From assembly GCA_029838195.1 (NCBI GenBank), contig JALGVJ010000009.1, positions 50,661-114,660 of the forward strand: DNA of 64,000 bases, read 5' to 3'. The translations under genes and the position numbers were made by a program. The stretch is from Promethearchaeota archaeon. Its GTDB lineage: Archaea > Asgardarchaeota > Lokiarchaeia > Sigyniarchaeales > SOKP01. The notes beneath the pieces were generated by a model. That model saw nothing but the letters and a program-made list of their open reading frames with translations, did no database searches and was not told the DNA's origin. This document shows positions 9,113-18,394 of this stretch, one piece after another. Every line of letters begins with the position of its first letter. The first letter of the stretch is position 1.

Positions 9113-9503
9113 GATATAGTTCTAACATATTTGGTTAACTTAGATGAAATGGCAATCCATTTCAAGAATTTATTATAATAGTGGAAAATCATTCTAATAT
9201 TTTTAACTTTTTTACTTCCATCATTTCAGAGTTTTCATGAATTTCCCGCTAATTTTAAGAGGGTATCACTCCCACCAATTATTTTGTTATTTTAGCAATT
9301 TTAAGAATTGAAAAAAGAAAGAGATAATTCACTGGCGCCCTAATCACGTTAAAAGTGAAATTTTTTATGAAATTTATTGAAATTTTTTAAGATCTTTTTT
9401 AAAATCATACTTAGGAGAGTTGAGAAATTTTTCAAATTCAAGAATGGTAAATGGCATTTAAATAGCATAAAATGATAGAGTGTTTAATAAAAAGTTTGCT
9501 AAG

Positions 9504-9626
9504 ATGGGATTTCTTTATATTTGTATTAAATGTGGACGTCCTCATGACGTATTTCACATGAGTTCCGGAGAAATAAAAATTCGATGCATGTGTCGTTCTT
9601 GTCTCGAAAGTAAACAGCATTTTTAG
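9504..9626 (+). CDS. Putative 40-aa zinc-finger microprotein (not in ORF track)
   Basis: MGFLYICIKCGRPHDVFHMSSGEIKIRCMCRSCLESKQHF: CxxCG ... CxxC pairs in an otherwise AT-rich intergenic region. Confidence 0.6.
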   Translation: MGFLYICIKCGRPHDVFHMSSGEIKIRCMCRSCLESKQHF

Positions 9627-10092
9627 AATGAGGTGAGATATAATACGATAAGAATTTACAAGCTAATTTCAAATTTTAATTATTTTTTCTCTTCTCGTCT
9701 AAAACTTTTTCTCTTATTTTGATGATTTTAAAAACACGAGTTAAGTTAAAGAATAGCTTCTATGATTTCTTATAAAGTGTTATTATCATGCCTAAATAAA
9801 TTAAGTGGTTGATAAAACATCCAAAAAATAAAATTTGAAATTAATCTCAGACCCTATTATTTAGCAACATGAATAAATGGAGCACAATCATCAGTTTCTT
9901 AAAAAAAAAAAGATGAGTTAGAAACATAAAGAGAAGATTGATTTAAAATTTAACCAGTAAGTGAGAAATTTTCTCAGTGTACTCATTTATGGAAAAACTA
10001 AAAAATTAATAAATTAACCTTCACATTCTAGACTTGATATCTTCGATATTAAAAATTCATAATAAAAAAGAAAAGCGAAGAGAGTGAAAATA

Positions 10093-11097
10093 ATGAAGAA
10101 AGTTATGATAAACGGGTTCGGGAGAATTGGACGCAATTTTTTTAGAGCAGTATGGCAGAATTGGAAAAATGACATCGAAATTGTGTATATAAATGATCTG
10201 TTTGAACCAAAATATCTGGCGTACGTGTTGAAATATGATACAGTATTTGGAAGATTCGCGGGAAGCATTGAAGCTAAAGAAAAATCATTGATAATTGATG
10301 GCAAAGAAATTCCTGTTACTGCTGAGAGAGATCCTGCTAATTTACCACATTCTGAAAATAATATTGATGTGGCAGTAGAATCCACGGGTTTTTTTGTTAA
10401 AAGAGATGGAGCCAAGAAGCATTTGGATGCTGGAGCTAAAAAAGTATTGATCTCTGCTCCTGCTGTCGATCCGGACATCACGGTTGTTCTTGGATGTAAT
10501 GATGACAAACTGACAGATGAACATAAAATCATATCAAACGCTTCTTGTACGACTAATTGTTTGGCACCAGTAGTAAAGGTTTTGAACGATAATTTTGGAA
10601 TTTCTCACGGTATAATGACGACCATTCATTCTTTAACCGGAAATCAAAAACCAGTCGATACAGCAATGGCAGGGGCTCCTATTAAGATGACTAGGGGGCG
10701 TGCTGCCGCTGCTAATTTAGTGCCAACTTCTACGGGAGCTGCTAAAGCAATTGGGCTTGTTTTCCCTGAATTGCAAGGAAGATTGGATGGCATTGCTATT
10801 CGTGCTCCTACTCTCGACGGAAGCGTGGTGGATGGTAAATTCGTGTTAAATAAGGCTGTATCTGCGGCAGAGGTTAATGAGAAAATGAAACAGGCAGCAG
10901 AAGGTCCTTTAAAAGGTATTTTAGAATACACGGAAGATCCCATTGTAAGTTCTGATATTATTGGTAATCCCGCCAGTTCTATTTTCTGTGGAATATTTAC
11001 TAATTGCATTGACAATCTCTGTTCAGTTCTAAGCTGGTATGATAATGAATGGGGGTATTCTAACCGATTGGCAGAATTAATTGTAAAAAAATTATAA
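10093..11097 (+). CDS. gap: Type I (bacterial/eukaryotic class) glyceraldehyde-3-phosphate dehydrogenase
   Basis: INGFGRIGR, VESTG, SNASCTTNCLAP, STGAAKA, SWYDNEWGYS. ATG 10093 (GTG 10084 alternative). Confidence 0.96.
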   Translation: MKKVMINGFGRIGRNFFRAVWQNWKNDIEIVYINDLFEPKYLAYVLKYDTVFGRFAGSIEAKEKSLIIDGKEIPVTAERDPANLPHSENNIDVAVESTGFFVKRDGAKKHLDAGAKKVLISAPAVDPDITVVLGCNDDKLTDEHKIISNASCTTNCLAPVVKVLNDNFGISHGIMTTIHSLTGNQKPVDTAMAGAPIKMTRGRAAAANLVPTSTGAAKAIGLVFPELQGRLDGIAIRAPTLDGSVVDGKFVLNKAVSAAEVNEKMKQAAEGPLKGILEYTEDPIVSSDIIGNPASSIFCGIFTNCIDNLCSVLSWYDNEWGYSNRLAELIVKKL

Positions 11098-11247
11098 TAT
11101 CATTAATTCTTTTTTTTCCTTTTCCTATTTTTCTTATTATCAATTTCTAAAGAGATTTATCCCTTGCGTTATCTAAATGACATATTTTGATTGAAATCGA
11201 GCTTCTTGCTCTTATATTTTTTCCATTCTAACAAGAGATGTTCTAGT

Positions 11248-11469
11248 CTAAAGTTAGATACATTGATAATTCACGTGGAAAAAGCTCATGTAGAGCATGA
11301 AGGAGCGTATCAAGCAATTAATAATTTATTTTTGAAACATTGTTGTAAGGAAGGAGTTAAATACGTGAATGGAGAGCAAGATTTAGGAATTTCGGGAATT
11401 AGAAAAGCCAAACTTTCTTATAAACCACATCACATGGTTAAAAAATACATTATTTATAAAAAATCGTGA
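11248..11469 (+). pseudogene. C-terminal fragment of a DUF2156 / aminoacyl-phosphatidylglycerol-transferase-like protein
   Basis: IHVEKA...GAYQAINNLF...YVNGEQDLGISGIRKAKLSYKP matches the DUF2156 C-terminus; the N-terminal two thirds are absent. Confidence 0.65.
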
Positions 11470-11605
11470 AAATATCCTTATGAACGGATGATCTCTTCAT
11501 TCTAAAACATTTATATGCTACGATTTAGATGTTTATCATGGAGATTAAAAATTAATCTAAGAAGAATTTATATTTATAAAAAAATACGGGGTATCTTGAG
11601 AAATC

Positions 11606-13498
11606 ATGAATGATCAAGAAATGCCGGAAAAAGAATCAAGCGAACCTGTCGGCAGGTTAACCGGAAAGACTACAACCCATTCGGCTACCATGCTAATTAA
11701 AGACCCAAAGGTGGGTAAGAATAATTATTTTGTATTATATGGGCATGAGGGTAAAGAAGGCGAGCAAGAGTACTATATATTAACCGTTGAGGATATTTGG
11801 AATGATTCAGAAGGAATTAAAGCGAACGTAAAAATAATAGGAAATCGGCCTAATCGGCCTTTTGATATAGGCTCTGATGTATACCTCGCAACAGATGAAC
11901 AAATTAAAAAAATATTGGGGATCGATAATCCTCCGAATCAATCAGTCTCCTTGGGTACTCTTTTAGGGTATGATTTTAATGTTAATCTTTTAGTTAAAAA
12001 AATAGGGCGGGTTTTCATCACGGGCAAGTCCGGATCAGGAAAGAGCTACACGATGGGTGTATTATGTGAAGAATTCCTTCAAAAAGGCATACCCATCGTG
12101 ATATTAGACCGTCATGGAGAGTATGGGAGTTTGAAAGTATCAAGTGATGAATTAACACCTCTTGAAAAGGAGGAAAAGCAAGAAGTCGAGGTGGGAGAAA
12201 GGGATGAATCCGGACTCTGTCCTTGGTGTGGTTCTTCCATTCCATTAGATGCCAAAATTTGTGAATTTTGTGGAAAAGAGCTCGTAGCGGAATTCGATAA
12301 AACATCCAACGAAGGCCAAACGCAAGAAGCCATCCACGAAAAAACGTCAGAAAAAAGGGGGTCCACCCCTCAAAAAGAAGCTTTAGAAAGTCCTTTTGTG
12401 AATAGTATCATTGAATATGCAGATCTAAAAAAGAATCGGGGTGGAGATATTGATCTTGAATATCTTTTTTCACTAGACGTGAAGGATATCGTGGCTCCCA
12501 GATTATGTACAATTGTGAACTTGCGTGGATTAGACTTGGAAGTTCAAGAACAAATCGCCGGTAAGCTTCTCAAAAAATTATATCAAGCTAGCACGGAAGG
12601 AAAAATCCCGCCATTCTACTTATTTTTAGATGAAGCCCATTTATTTGCCGGGAAAAAAACCAGCGAAACTTCAGAAATAGTAAAACTTTTTGCTCAAGAG
12701 GGGCGAAAATTTGGTGCAAATATTATCATTGGAACTCAGAGACCCCAGCTTCTCGATACCACGATTCGAGCTCAAGCCGGAACGTGGATAGTCCATAATT
12801 TGTCGGATGTTAGAGATATCGATATCACGATTTCCAGTGCGGAAGATTTGAGTAAAGAACATAAAAACGATATTTCGGGTCTGGATAAAGGACAGGCAAT
12901 TATTAGCGGAGAAGCGGTTTCCGGGATCCCTCTATTAGTGCAAGTGAGAAGAAGAAAAACTAAACACGGAGGAACTGGATTTAATCCATTGGATTTTCTT
13001 TCGGAAGAGACCATTGAAGAGCTTCAAAAGAGAAAAGAAAGGATATTAGCGAAAAAATCTTCAGAAGAATTACAAGTAGGTCGCACGATGTTTGAAGAAA
13101 TGCAAAAGCCCCGGACTGTTGAAGAATCCTTGGAAGAAATCGCTCAATTGAAAGTAAGATTGAAGGAATTGGAAGAAGAAAATGACATGCTAAAAGCAAA
13201 ATGTAATGAATTAGAACGGAAAACGCCCGCCGGATCCATTAGTTCCAGGGCAGAAAACGAAAAAATAAAGGAATTACAGACCCAGATAAAAGTATGGCAA
13301 GAAAAATATAATCATTTAAAAAAATCCATGGAAACCTCGGAGCCTTCCACTTTCACAGAAACTAATGATCAACTGAGAGAACTTAATAATAAAATTATTG
13401 AATTACAAGCAGAACTTAAAAAATACAAGGAGAAATACACGGATGCGCTTCTTTTAGCGGAAAAATCAATTGCAGAATTGAAAAAATTAAAACGCTAA
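11606..13498 (+). CDS. HerA/FtsK-superfamily (DUF87) ATPase with zinc-ribbon insertion and C-terminal coiled coil
   Basis: Walker A GKSGSGKS, LDRHGEY, Walker B LFLDEAH, EGRKFG, TQRP; CPWCG..CEFCG insert; heptad-rich tail. Confidence 0.88.
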   Translation: MNDQEMPEKESSEPVGRLTGKTTTHSATMLIKDPKVGKNNYFVLYGHEGKEGEQEYYILTVEDIWNDSEGIKANVKIIGNRPNRPFDIGSDVYLATDEQIKKILGIDNPPNQSVSLGTLLGYDFNVNLLVKKIGRVFITGKSGSGKSYTMGVLCEEFLQKGIPIVILDRHGEYGSLKVSSDELTPLEKEEKQEVEVGERDESGLCPWCGSSIPLDAKICEFCGKELVAEFDKTSNEGQTQEAIHEKTSEKRGSTPQKEALESPFVNSIIEYADLKKNRGGDIDLEYLFSLDVKDIVAPRLCTIVNLRGLDLEVQEQIAGKLLKKLYQASTEGKIPPFYLFLDEAHLFAGKKTSETSEIVKLFAQEGRKFGANIIIGTQRPQLLDTTIRAQAGTWIVHNLSDVRDIDITISSAEDLSKEHKNDISGLDKGQAIISGEAVSGIPLLVQVRRRKTKHGGTGFNPLDFLSEETIEELQKRKERILAKKSSEELQVGRTMFEEMQKPRTVEESLEEIAQLKVRLKELEEENDMLKAKCNELERKTPAGSISSRAENEKIKELQTQIKVWQEKYNHLKKSMETSEPSTFTETNDQLRELNNKIIELQAELKKYKEKYTDALLLAEKSIAELKKLKR

Positions 13499-13537
13499 TA
13501 TTGCTCTGATTTTTTGTTTAAAATGAAATGGCTTAAT
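13221..13537 (+). repeat. Direct repeat copy 1 (3' end of the HerA-like gene plus downstream 39 bp)
   Basis: 317 bp aligned without gaps to 14486-14802 (offset 1265); 7 substitutions by my count. Confidence 0.95.
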
Positions 13538-13560
13538 TAAGAAGAAAAGAAAAAATGGAA

Positions 13561-13702
13561 TAATGATGAGAATATTTATTATAAGAAAATTTAATAATAG
13601 AACATGTTTGTAAACATTAACTAATCATTTTTAATAAAAGATAAAAAATGAAAATGGAAAGATAAAATTTAGAGCCTCATTCTTTAACCATTGAAAACCT
13701 AA
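13561..13702 (+). pseudogene. Degenerate copy of the P-type ATPase upstream region and first ~16 codons
   Basis: Resembles 15058-15196. ATG 13654 reads MER*NLEPHSLTIENL versus MERKNLDAHSLTIETL of the intact gene. Confidence 0.85.
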
Positions 13703-13756
13703 AAAATTTGATTAATTTTACTATATTATCCAAATATTTTGGACAAAGCGAGTTAA

Positions 13757-13783
13757 TTATAAATATGTGTATGAATATGTGTA
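13757..13783 (+). promoter_or_regulatory. Putative TATA box plus direct-repeat operator of the vapBC operon
   Basis: TTATAAAT (13757-13764) overlapping AATATGTGTA-TG-AATATGTGTA (13762-13783), just before ATG 13789. Confidence 0.5.
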
Positions 13784-13788
13784 AATTG

Positions 13789-14028
13789 ATGACTTCTAAA
13801 AATATTAGTATACGGGAAGATGTCTATAATAAATTAATAAAAATTAAGAGAGAAAAGGAAAGTTTTTCGGATTTATTTTTGCGATTATTAAAAACACAAA
13901 AAATGAATCTTAAAAAATCATTTGGGGCTTGGCAGCTTACTGAAAAGGAAAAACAGGAAATTTGGAATGATATTACGAATCGGCCTGGAAGAAAATGGAA
14001 TAAATCAAAATTAGATCAAGTAAAATGA
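13789..14028 (+). CDS. vapB: VapB-type antitoxin (DUF217-like archaeal family)
   Basis: MTSKNISIREDVYNKLIKIKREKESFSDLFLRLL...SFGAW; overlaps the PIN gene by 4 nt (ATGA). Confidence 0.85.
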   Translation: MTSKNISIREDVYNKLIKIKREKESFSDLFLRLLKTQKMNLKKSFGAWQLTEKEKQEIWNDITNRPGRKWNKSKLDQVK

Positions 14029-14432
14029 TTGTTCTTGATACAACAGCTTGTATTGATTATTTAAACGGTAATGAGAATATCTGGAATCTAATTTCAAAAA
14101 TCGAAGGTCTTTTTTATATTACGTCCATTACGATATATGAAATTAATATTGGATTAGAAAGAACAAAAATAAAAATATCAGAGAAAAGATATAATGAACT
14201 TAATAAGAGATGGCTTGAATTTATTAGTGGAATAGAAGTTCTTCCCTTAAATATTAAAGAAGCCTTGGAGGCTGCAAGAATATATAATAGATTAGAATCT
14301 AAAGGAAAAATCATTGATGATAACGATATTCTTATAATGGGAATAATGCTATCAAACGGTTTTAGAAAAATTATTACAAGAAATGTCAAGCATTTTAAAT
14401 TAATTAAGGAAATTGAAGTTTTAACCTATTAA
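14025..14432 (+). CDS. vapC: VapC PIN-domain ribonuclease toxin
   Basis: MIVLDTT, TIYEI, DDNDILI, ITRNVKHF PIN motifs. Confidence 0.92.
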   Translation: MIVLDTTACIDYLNGNENIWNLISKIEGLFYITSITIYEINIGLERTKIKISEKRYNELNKRWLEFISGIEVLPLNIKEALEAARIYNRLESKGKIIDDNDILIMGIMLSNGFRKIITRNVKHFKLIKEIEVLTY

Positions 14433-14485
14433 ATAATAATGCAAACCATATTTTGTAAACTTAATATCTCAGAAATAGGGAAACT

Positions 14486-14802
14486 AAACACCCGCCGGAT
14501 CCATTAGTTCCGGGGCAGAAAACGAAAAAATAAAGGAATTACAGACCCAGATAAAAGTATGGCAAGAAAAATATAATCACTTAAAAAAAACCATGGAAAC
14601 CTCAGAGCCTTCCACTTTCACAGAAACCAATGATCAACTGAGAGAACTTAATAATAAAATTATTGAATTACAAGCAGAACTTAAAAAATACAAGGAGAAA
14701 TACACGGATGCGCTTCTTTTAGCAGAAAAATCAATTGCAGAATTGAAAAAATTAAAACGCTAATATTGCTCTGATTTTTTGTTTAAAATGAAATGGCTTA
14801 AT
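14486..14802 (+). repeat. Direct repeat copy 2 (orphan 3' end of the HerA-like gene)
   Basis: Near-identical to 13221-13537. An in-frame TAA at 14485-14487 means it is not joined to an upstream ORF; internal ATG 14593-14763 could give a 56-aa coiled-coil peptide. Confidence 0.95.
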
Positions 14803-15147
14803 GCATGCGAACATGTTGTTCTTAATTCTTAGAATTTTTATTTTTCTCTTCTGAATTATGAATTCAATGGTTTATTTTTTTAGTTTCATTATTCTTTGGA
14901 AATATTGAACCAGAATGGGAATTTTATGCTGTTCTTTTTTTTTAAGTGCCCATGGGTAAAAATTAAGAAGAATTATATGAAATTTCAAATTTTAATTTAA
15001 ACGAATATAACCCTCCTCCAGTGAAATTAAATAAATAGGGAAGTAAAAATTGAATGATAATGATACTATAATAGATTATCATGAGAAAATTTAATAATGG
15101 ACCTTGTTTTAAAACATTAACTAACAATTTTCAACAATAGATACAAC

Positions 15148-18045
15148 ATGGAAAGAAAAAATTTAGATGCTCATTCTTTAACTATTGAAACCCTAAGCGA
15201 CATTTTAAACACCTCAATCCAAAATGGTCTTAGTGAGGAAGAAGCTAAAGTTCGGCTGGAAAAATACGGCTCAAATGAGCTAAAGCAAGTGAAGAAAATT
15301 TCGGCCCTCGAAATTTTTATTTCTCAATTCAAGGATTTTTTAATATATTTATTATTTGGAGCAATAATATTTTCGTTATTTGTAGGATTTTTCGAACTAA
15401 TAGAAGGAAATACTCCTACTGAATTTCTGGATGCAATTGTCATATCCATTATTTTAGTAAGTAACGCAATTTTGGGATTTTATCAAGAATACAAAGCAGA
15501 GAAATCTCTTGAAAGTCTAAAGAAAATGGCGCCTCGTAATGCTACCGTAAAGCGAAATGGAAAAGTAAGAGAAATTGATGTGGAAAATGTTATACCCGGA
15601 GATTTAATAATTTTAAAAGAAGGAGATAAAGTTCCCGCAGACGCAAGGCTGGTTAAAGCCTTTTCATTATATGTGGATGAGTCAATATTGACAGGAGAGT
15701 CCCAGCCCATCCTCAAAAAGACTGAAGTTTTAAAAAGAGAAACTCCTTTAGCCGATAGAAAGAATATGGTGTATAGCAATACCATTATAACTCGCGGAAA
15801 TGGTATGGCTTTGATCATTAATACCGGTATGTCTACAGAAATAGGTAAAATTGCCGAAAAGATTCAAGAACAAGAACCGGAACTTAGTCCTTTTCAGCAA
15901 GAAATTAATCGCTTCGGAAAGACCTTAGGTAAAATAGTCATCTTGGTCTGTGTTACATTGTTCTCCATTGAATTAATTCTCATTTTGATGTTTGCGGGAA
16001 ACATGCCATCCGGAGCAATAATTGAAGAAATCCTCAAGGCAATTACAATAACCATCACTCTGGCCGTTTCTGCTGTGCCTGAAGGCTTAGTCGTTGTTAT
16101 AACGGTTGTAATGAGCATTGGCATGCGAAAAATGGCCGAAAGGAATGCTTTAGTGAAGAGACTCACCGCAGTAGAGACATTAGGAAGGATAAATATCATT
16201 TGTTCGGATAAAACGGGCACCTTAACTCGAAATGAAATGACCGTGGTAAAAATTTATGAGGGGGGGAATACATTTGCTGTAGATGGAGTGGGATATAAAC
16301 TCGAAGGCACCATACTAAATCCCTCTGGAGAGCCAATGAAAATTATTGAAAATCCTTATTTAGAAAAATTTCTTCAAGTAGCCTTGTATTGTAATAATTC
16401 AAATGTCAATATTAAAGAAGATGGTGTTAATTTAGAGGTCGTGGGCGATCCTACAGAAATTTGCCTAAAGGTGCTCGCTTTAAAAATGGGACTTGCTCCT
16501 AATGCGGAAAAATTAGATGAAATACCTTTCAATTCGGATAGAAAGATGATGTCTGTTGCCGTTCGAATTGACGGGAAACTTTATTCCTTTATTAAAGGAG
16601 CACCGGATGTTCTATTGAAGAAAGCAGCTAAAGGAATATTAAATGGTAAGGAATACCCGATTGATGAGGTTAAAGACCTCATTATGGAAAAAAATAATCA
16701 ATTTGGGAATGAAGCTTTAAGAGTACTTGGACTAGCTTATAAACCATTAAATGAAAATTATAGTAAGGAAGATTTAGAGAAAGATTATATTTATCTGGGA
16801 TTAGCGGGCATTATCGATCCTCCTCGCCTTGAAGTTAAGGATTCTATCAAAAAAGCCAAAAATGGAGGAATCAGAACCATGATGATCACAGGAGATCATA
16901 AAGTTACGGCAATCGCCGTCGGTAAAGAAATTGGTTTGACTGAAAATGATGAGGCTATTACCGGTGTTGAATTAGAAGAAATGGACGATGCCCAATTGGC
17001 CCAAAAAATTAAAAATACGAATATATTTGCCCGCGTGACGTCTGAGCAAAAACTCCGCATTCTTAATATACTTAAATCTCAAAACAATGTTGTTTGCATG
17101 ACGGGAGATGGAGTTAATGACGCCCCTGCAGTTAAAGCAGCGAATGTGGGCGTTGCCATGGGAATTAATGGAACTGAGGTTACCCAAGAAGCCGCGGACA
17201 TGATCCTACTTGATGATAATTATGCTACCATCGTGAATGCAATTGAAGAAGGACGAGGTATTTTTAATAATACGAAAAATTTCTTCCGATACATGTTAAG
17301 TGTAAATTTTGCAGAGATATTTTTAATTCTAACCGCCTGGATTTTAATGAGTTTTACGCGTGGTATCTTTTTTGCCATACCTTTAGAGCCTATTCAAATT
17401 CTCTGGCTTAATATCGCCACGGATGGTATTCCGGCAATGGTTTTAGGTTTTACACCTACAGATCCGGACGTAATGAAGTTCAAGCCCCGTAAAGGGTTTA
17501 ATATGATTTCTGATATTAAAAATGCCATTATTTTTGCCTCGGTGCTTAACTCAATCATAGACATCATTTTGTATGTTTCATGTTGGACCATATTGATACC
17601 TTCTTGGAGTATAATAGATTCGCGATTCGTGTACGGAACAGAGATTAATGGAATCATTTATACGGGAATGGAATATAAAATCGCTGTCGCACAGACCATC
17701 TTATTTACCAGTGTCGTATTCTTCGAATTATTTTTCGTCTTTTCGTGTATTTCTGAATATAAACCCTTGTGGTTATTCCGAAATAAGCATCTCTTTTGGG
17801 CCACGGGCATATCTTTTGTTTTACATCTTATGCTCCTATTCACACCATTAGCGTACATATTTAATGCGGTGCCGTTAGACCGATGGTATTATTGGCTCGT
17901 AGTATTTAGCGCTGCCCTTATCTTACCTGCTGAAGAACTGAGAAAATATTTTGTACGCCGTAAGCTGAAGAAGAAAGAAATCATTGATTTTCAAGATAAT
18001 AATCGTTTCTCCAAGCTAAAACCAAAATCCAAAGAAATGAACTAA
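15148..18045 (+). CDS. P2A-type cation (Ca2+-like) transporting P-type ATPase
   Basis: TGES, PEGL, DKTGTLT, KGAPD, MITGD, TGDGVNDAPA, ILWLN motifs. Confidence 0.95.
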   Translation: MERKNLDAHSLTIETLSDILNTSIQNGLSEEEAKVRLEKYGSNELKQVKKISALEIFISQFKDFLIYLLFGAIIFSLFVGFFELIEGNTPTEFLDAIVISIILVSNAILGFYQEYKAEKSLESLKKMAPRNATVKRNGKVREIDVENVIPGDLIILKEGDKVPADARLVKAFSLYVDESILTGESQPILKKTEVLKRETPLADRKNMVYSNTIITRGNGMALIINTGMSTEIGKIAEKIQEQEPELSPFQQEINRFGKTLGKIVILVCVTLFSIELILILMFAGNMPSGAIIEEILKAITITITLAVSAVPEGLVVVITVVMSIGMRKMAERNALVKRLTAVETLGRINIICSDKTGTLTRNEMTVVKIYEGGNTFAVDGVGYKLEGTILNPSGEPMKIIENPYLEKFLQVALYCNNSNVNIKEDGVNLEVVGDPTEICLKVLALKMGLAPNAEKLDEIPFNSDRKMMSVAVRIDGKLYSFIKGAPDVLLKKAAKGILNGKEYPIDEVKDLIMEKNNQFGNEALRVLGLAYKPLNENYSKEDLEKDYIYLGLAGIIDPPRLEVKDSIKKAKNGGIRTMMITGDHKVTAIAVGKEIGLTENDEAITGVELEEMDDAQLAQKIKNTNIFARVTSEQKLRILNILKSQNNVVCMTGDGVNDAPAVKAANVGVAMGINGTEVTQEAADMILLDDNYATIVNAIEEGRGIFNNTKNFFRYMLSVNFAEIFLILTAWILMSFTRGIFFAIPLEPIQILWLNIATDGIPAMVLGFTPTDPDVMKFKPRKGFNMISDIKNAIIFASVLNSIIDIILYVSCWTILIPSWSIIDSRFVYGTEINGIIYTGMEYKIAVAQTILFTSVVFFELFFVFSCISEYKPLWLFRNKHLFWATGISFVLHLMLLFTPLAYIFNAVPLDRWYYWLVVFSAALILPAEELRKYFVRRKLKKKEIIDFQDNNRFSKLKPKSKEMN

Positions 18046-18394
18046 AACATCATAATTTTTTTAAAAATTAAATTTATACTCTTTATTCTCGAATTAGACG
18101 GGTTTCACCATTAATTTTTTCTTCTTTTTAATCCTATTAATTTTATTTTTAAGGAAATAGCTTCATTCTAAAAATTGAATGTTCAGGGAAATAAAAGTCA
18201 GAGAGATTTGAATCAGGAGAAATGTAAACGATAGAACTCCCTGCAAGTGAGCAAACATGTAAATCTAAGTAAGAAAGAACCATGTTTAAATGAAAAAGTC
18301 CTTGCTAAATGAACTAAATAATAATGAAAATCATGTAGCTAATAAAAAAGAAATAGATAAAATAAAAAAAATATAAATGATAATTTTTAAATCT

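Noticed and set aside
14446-14465. Weak similarity to 13601-13620 as a target-site duplication around vapBC
   Set aside because: Short, AT-rich and gapped; not distinguishable from chance.
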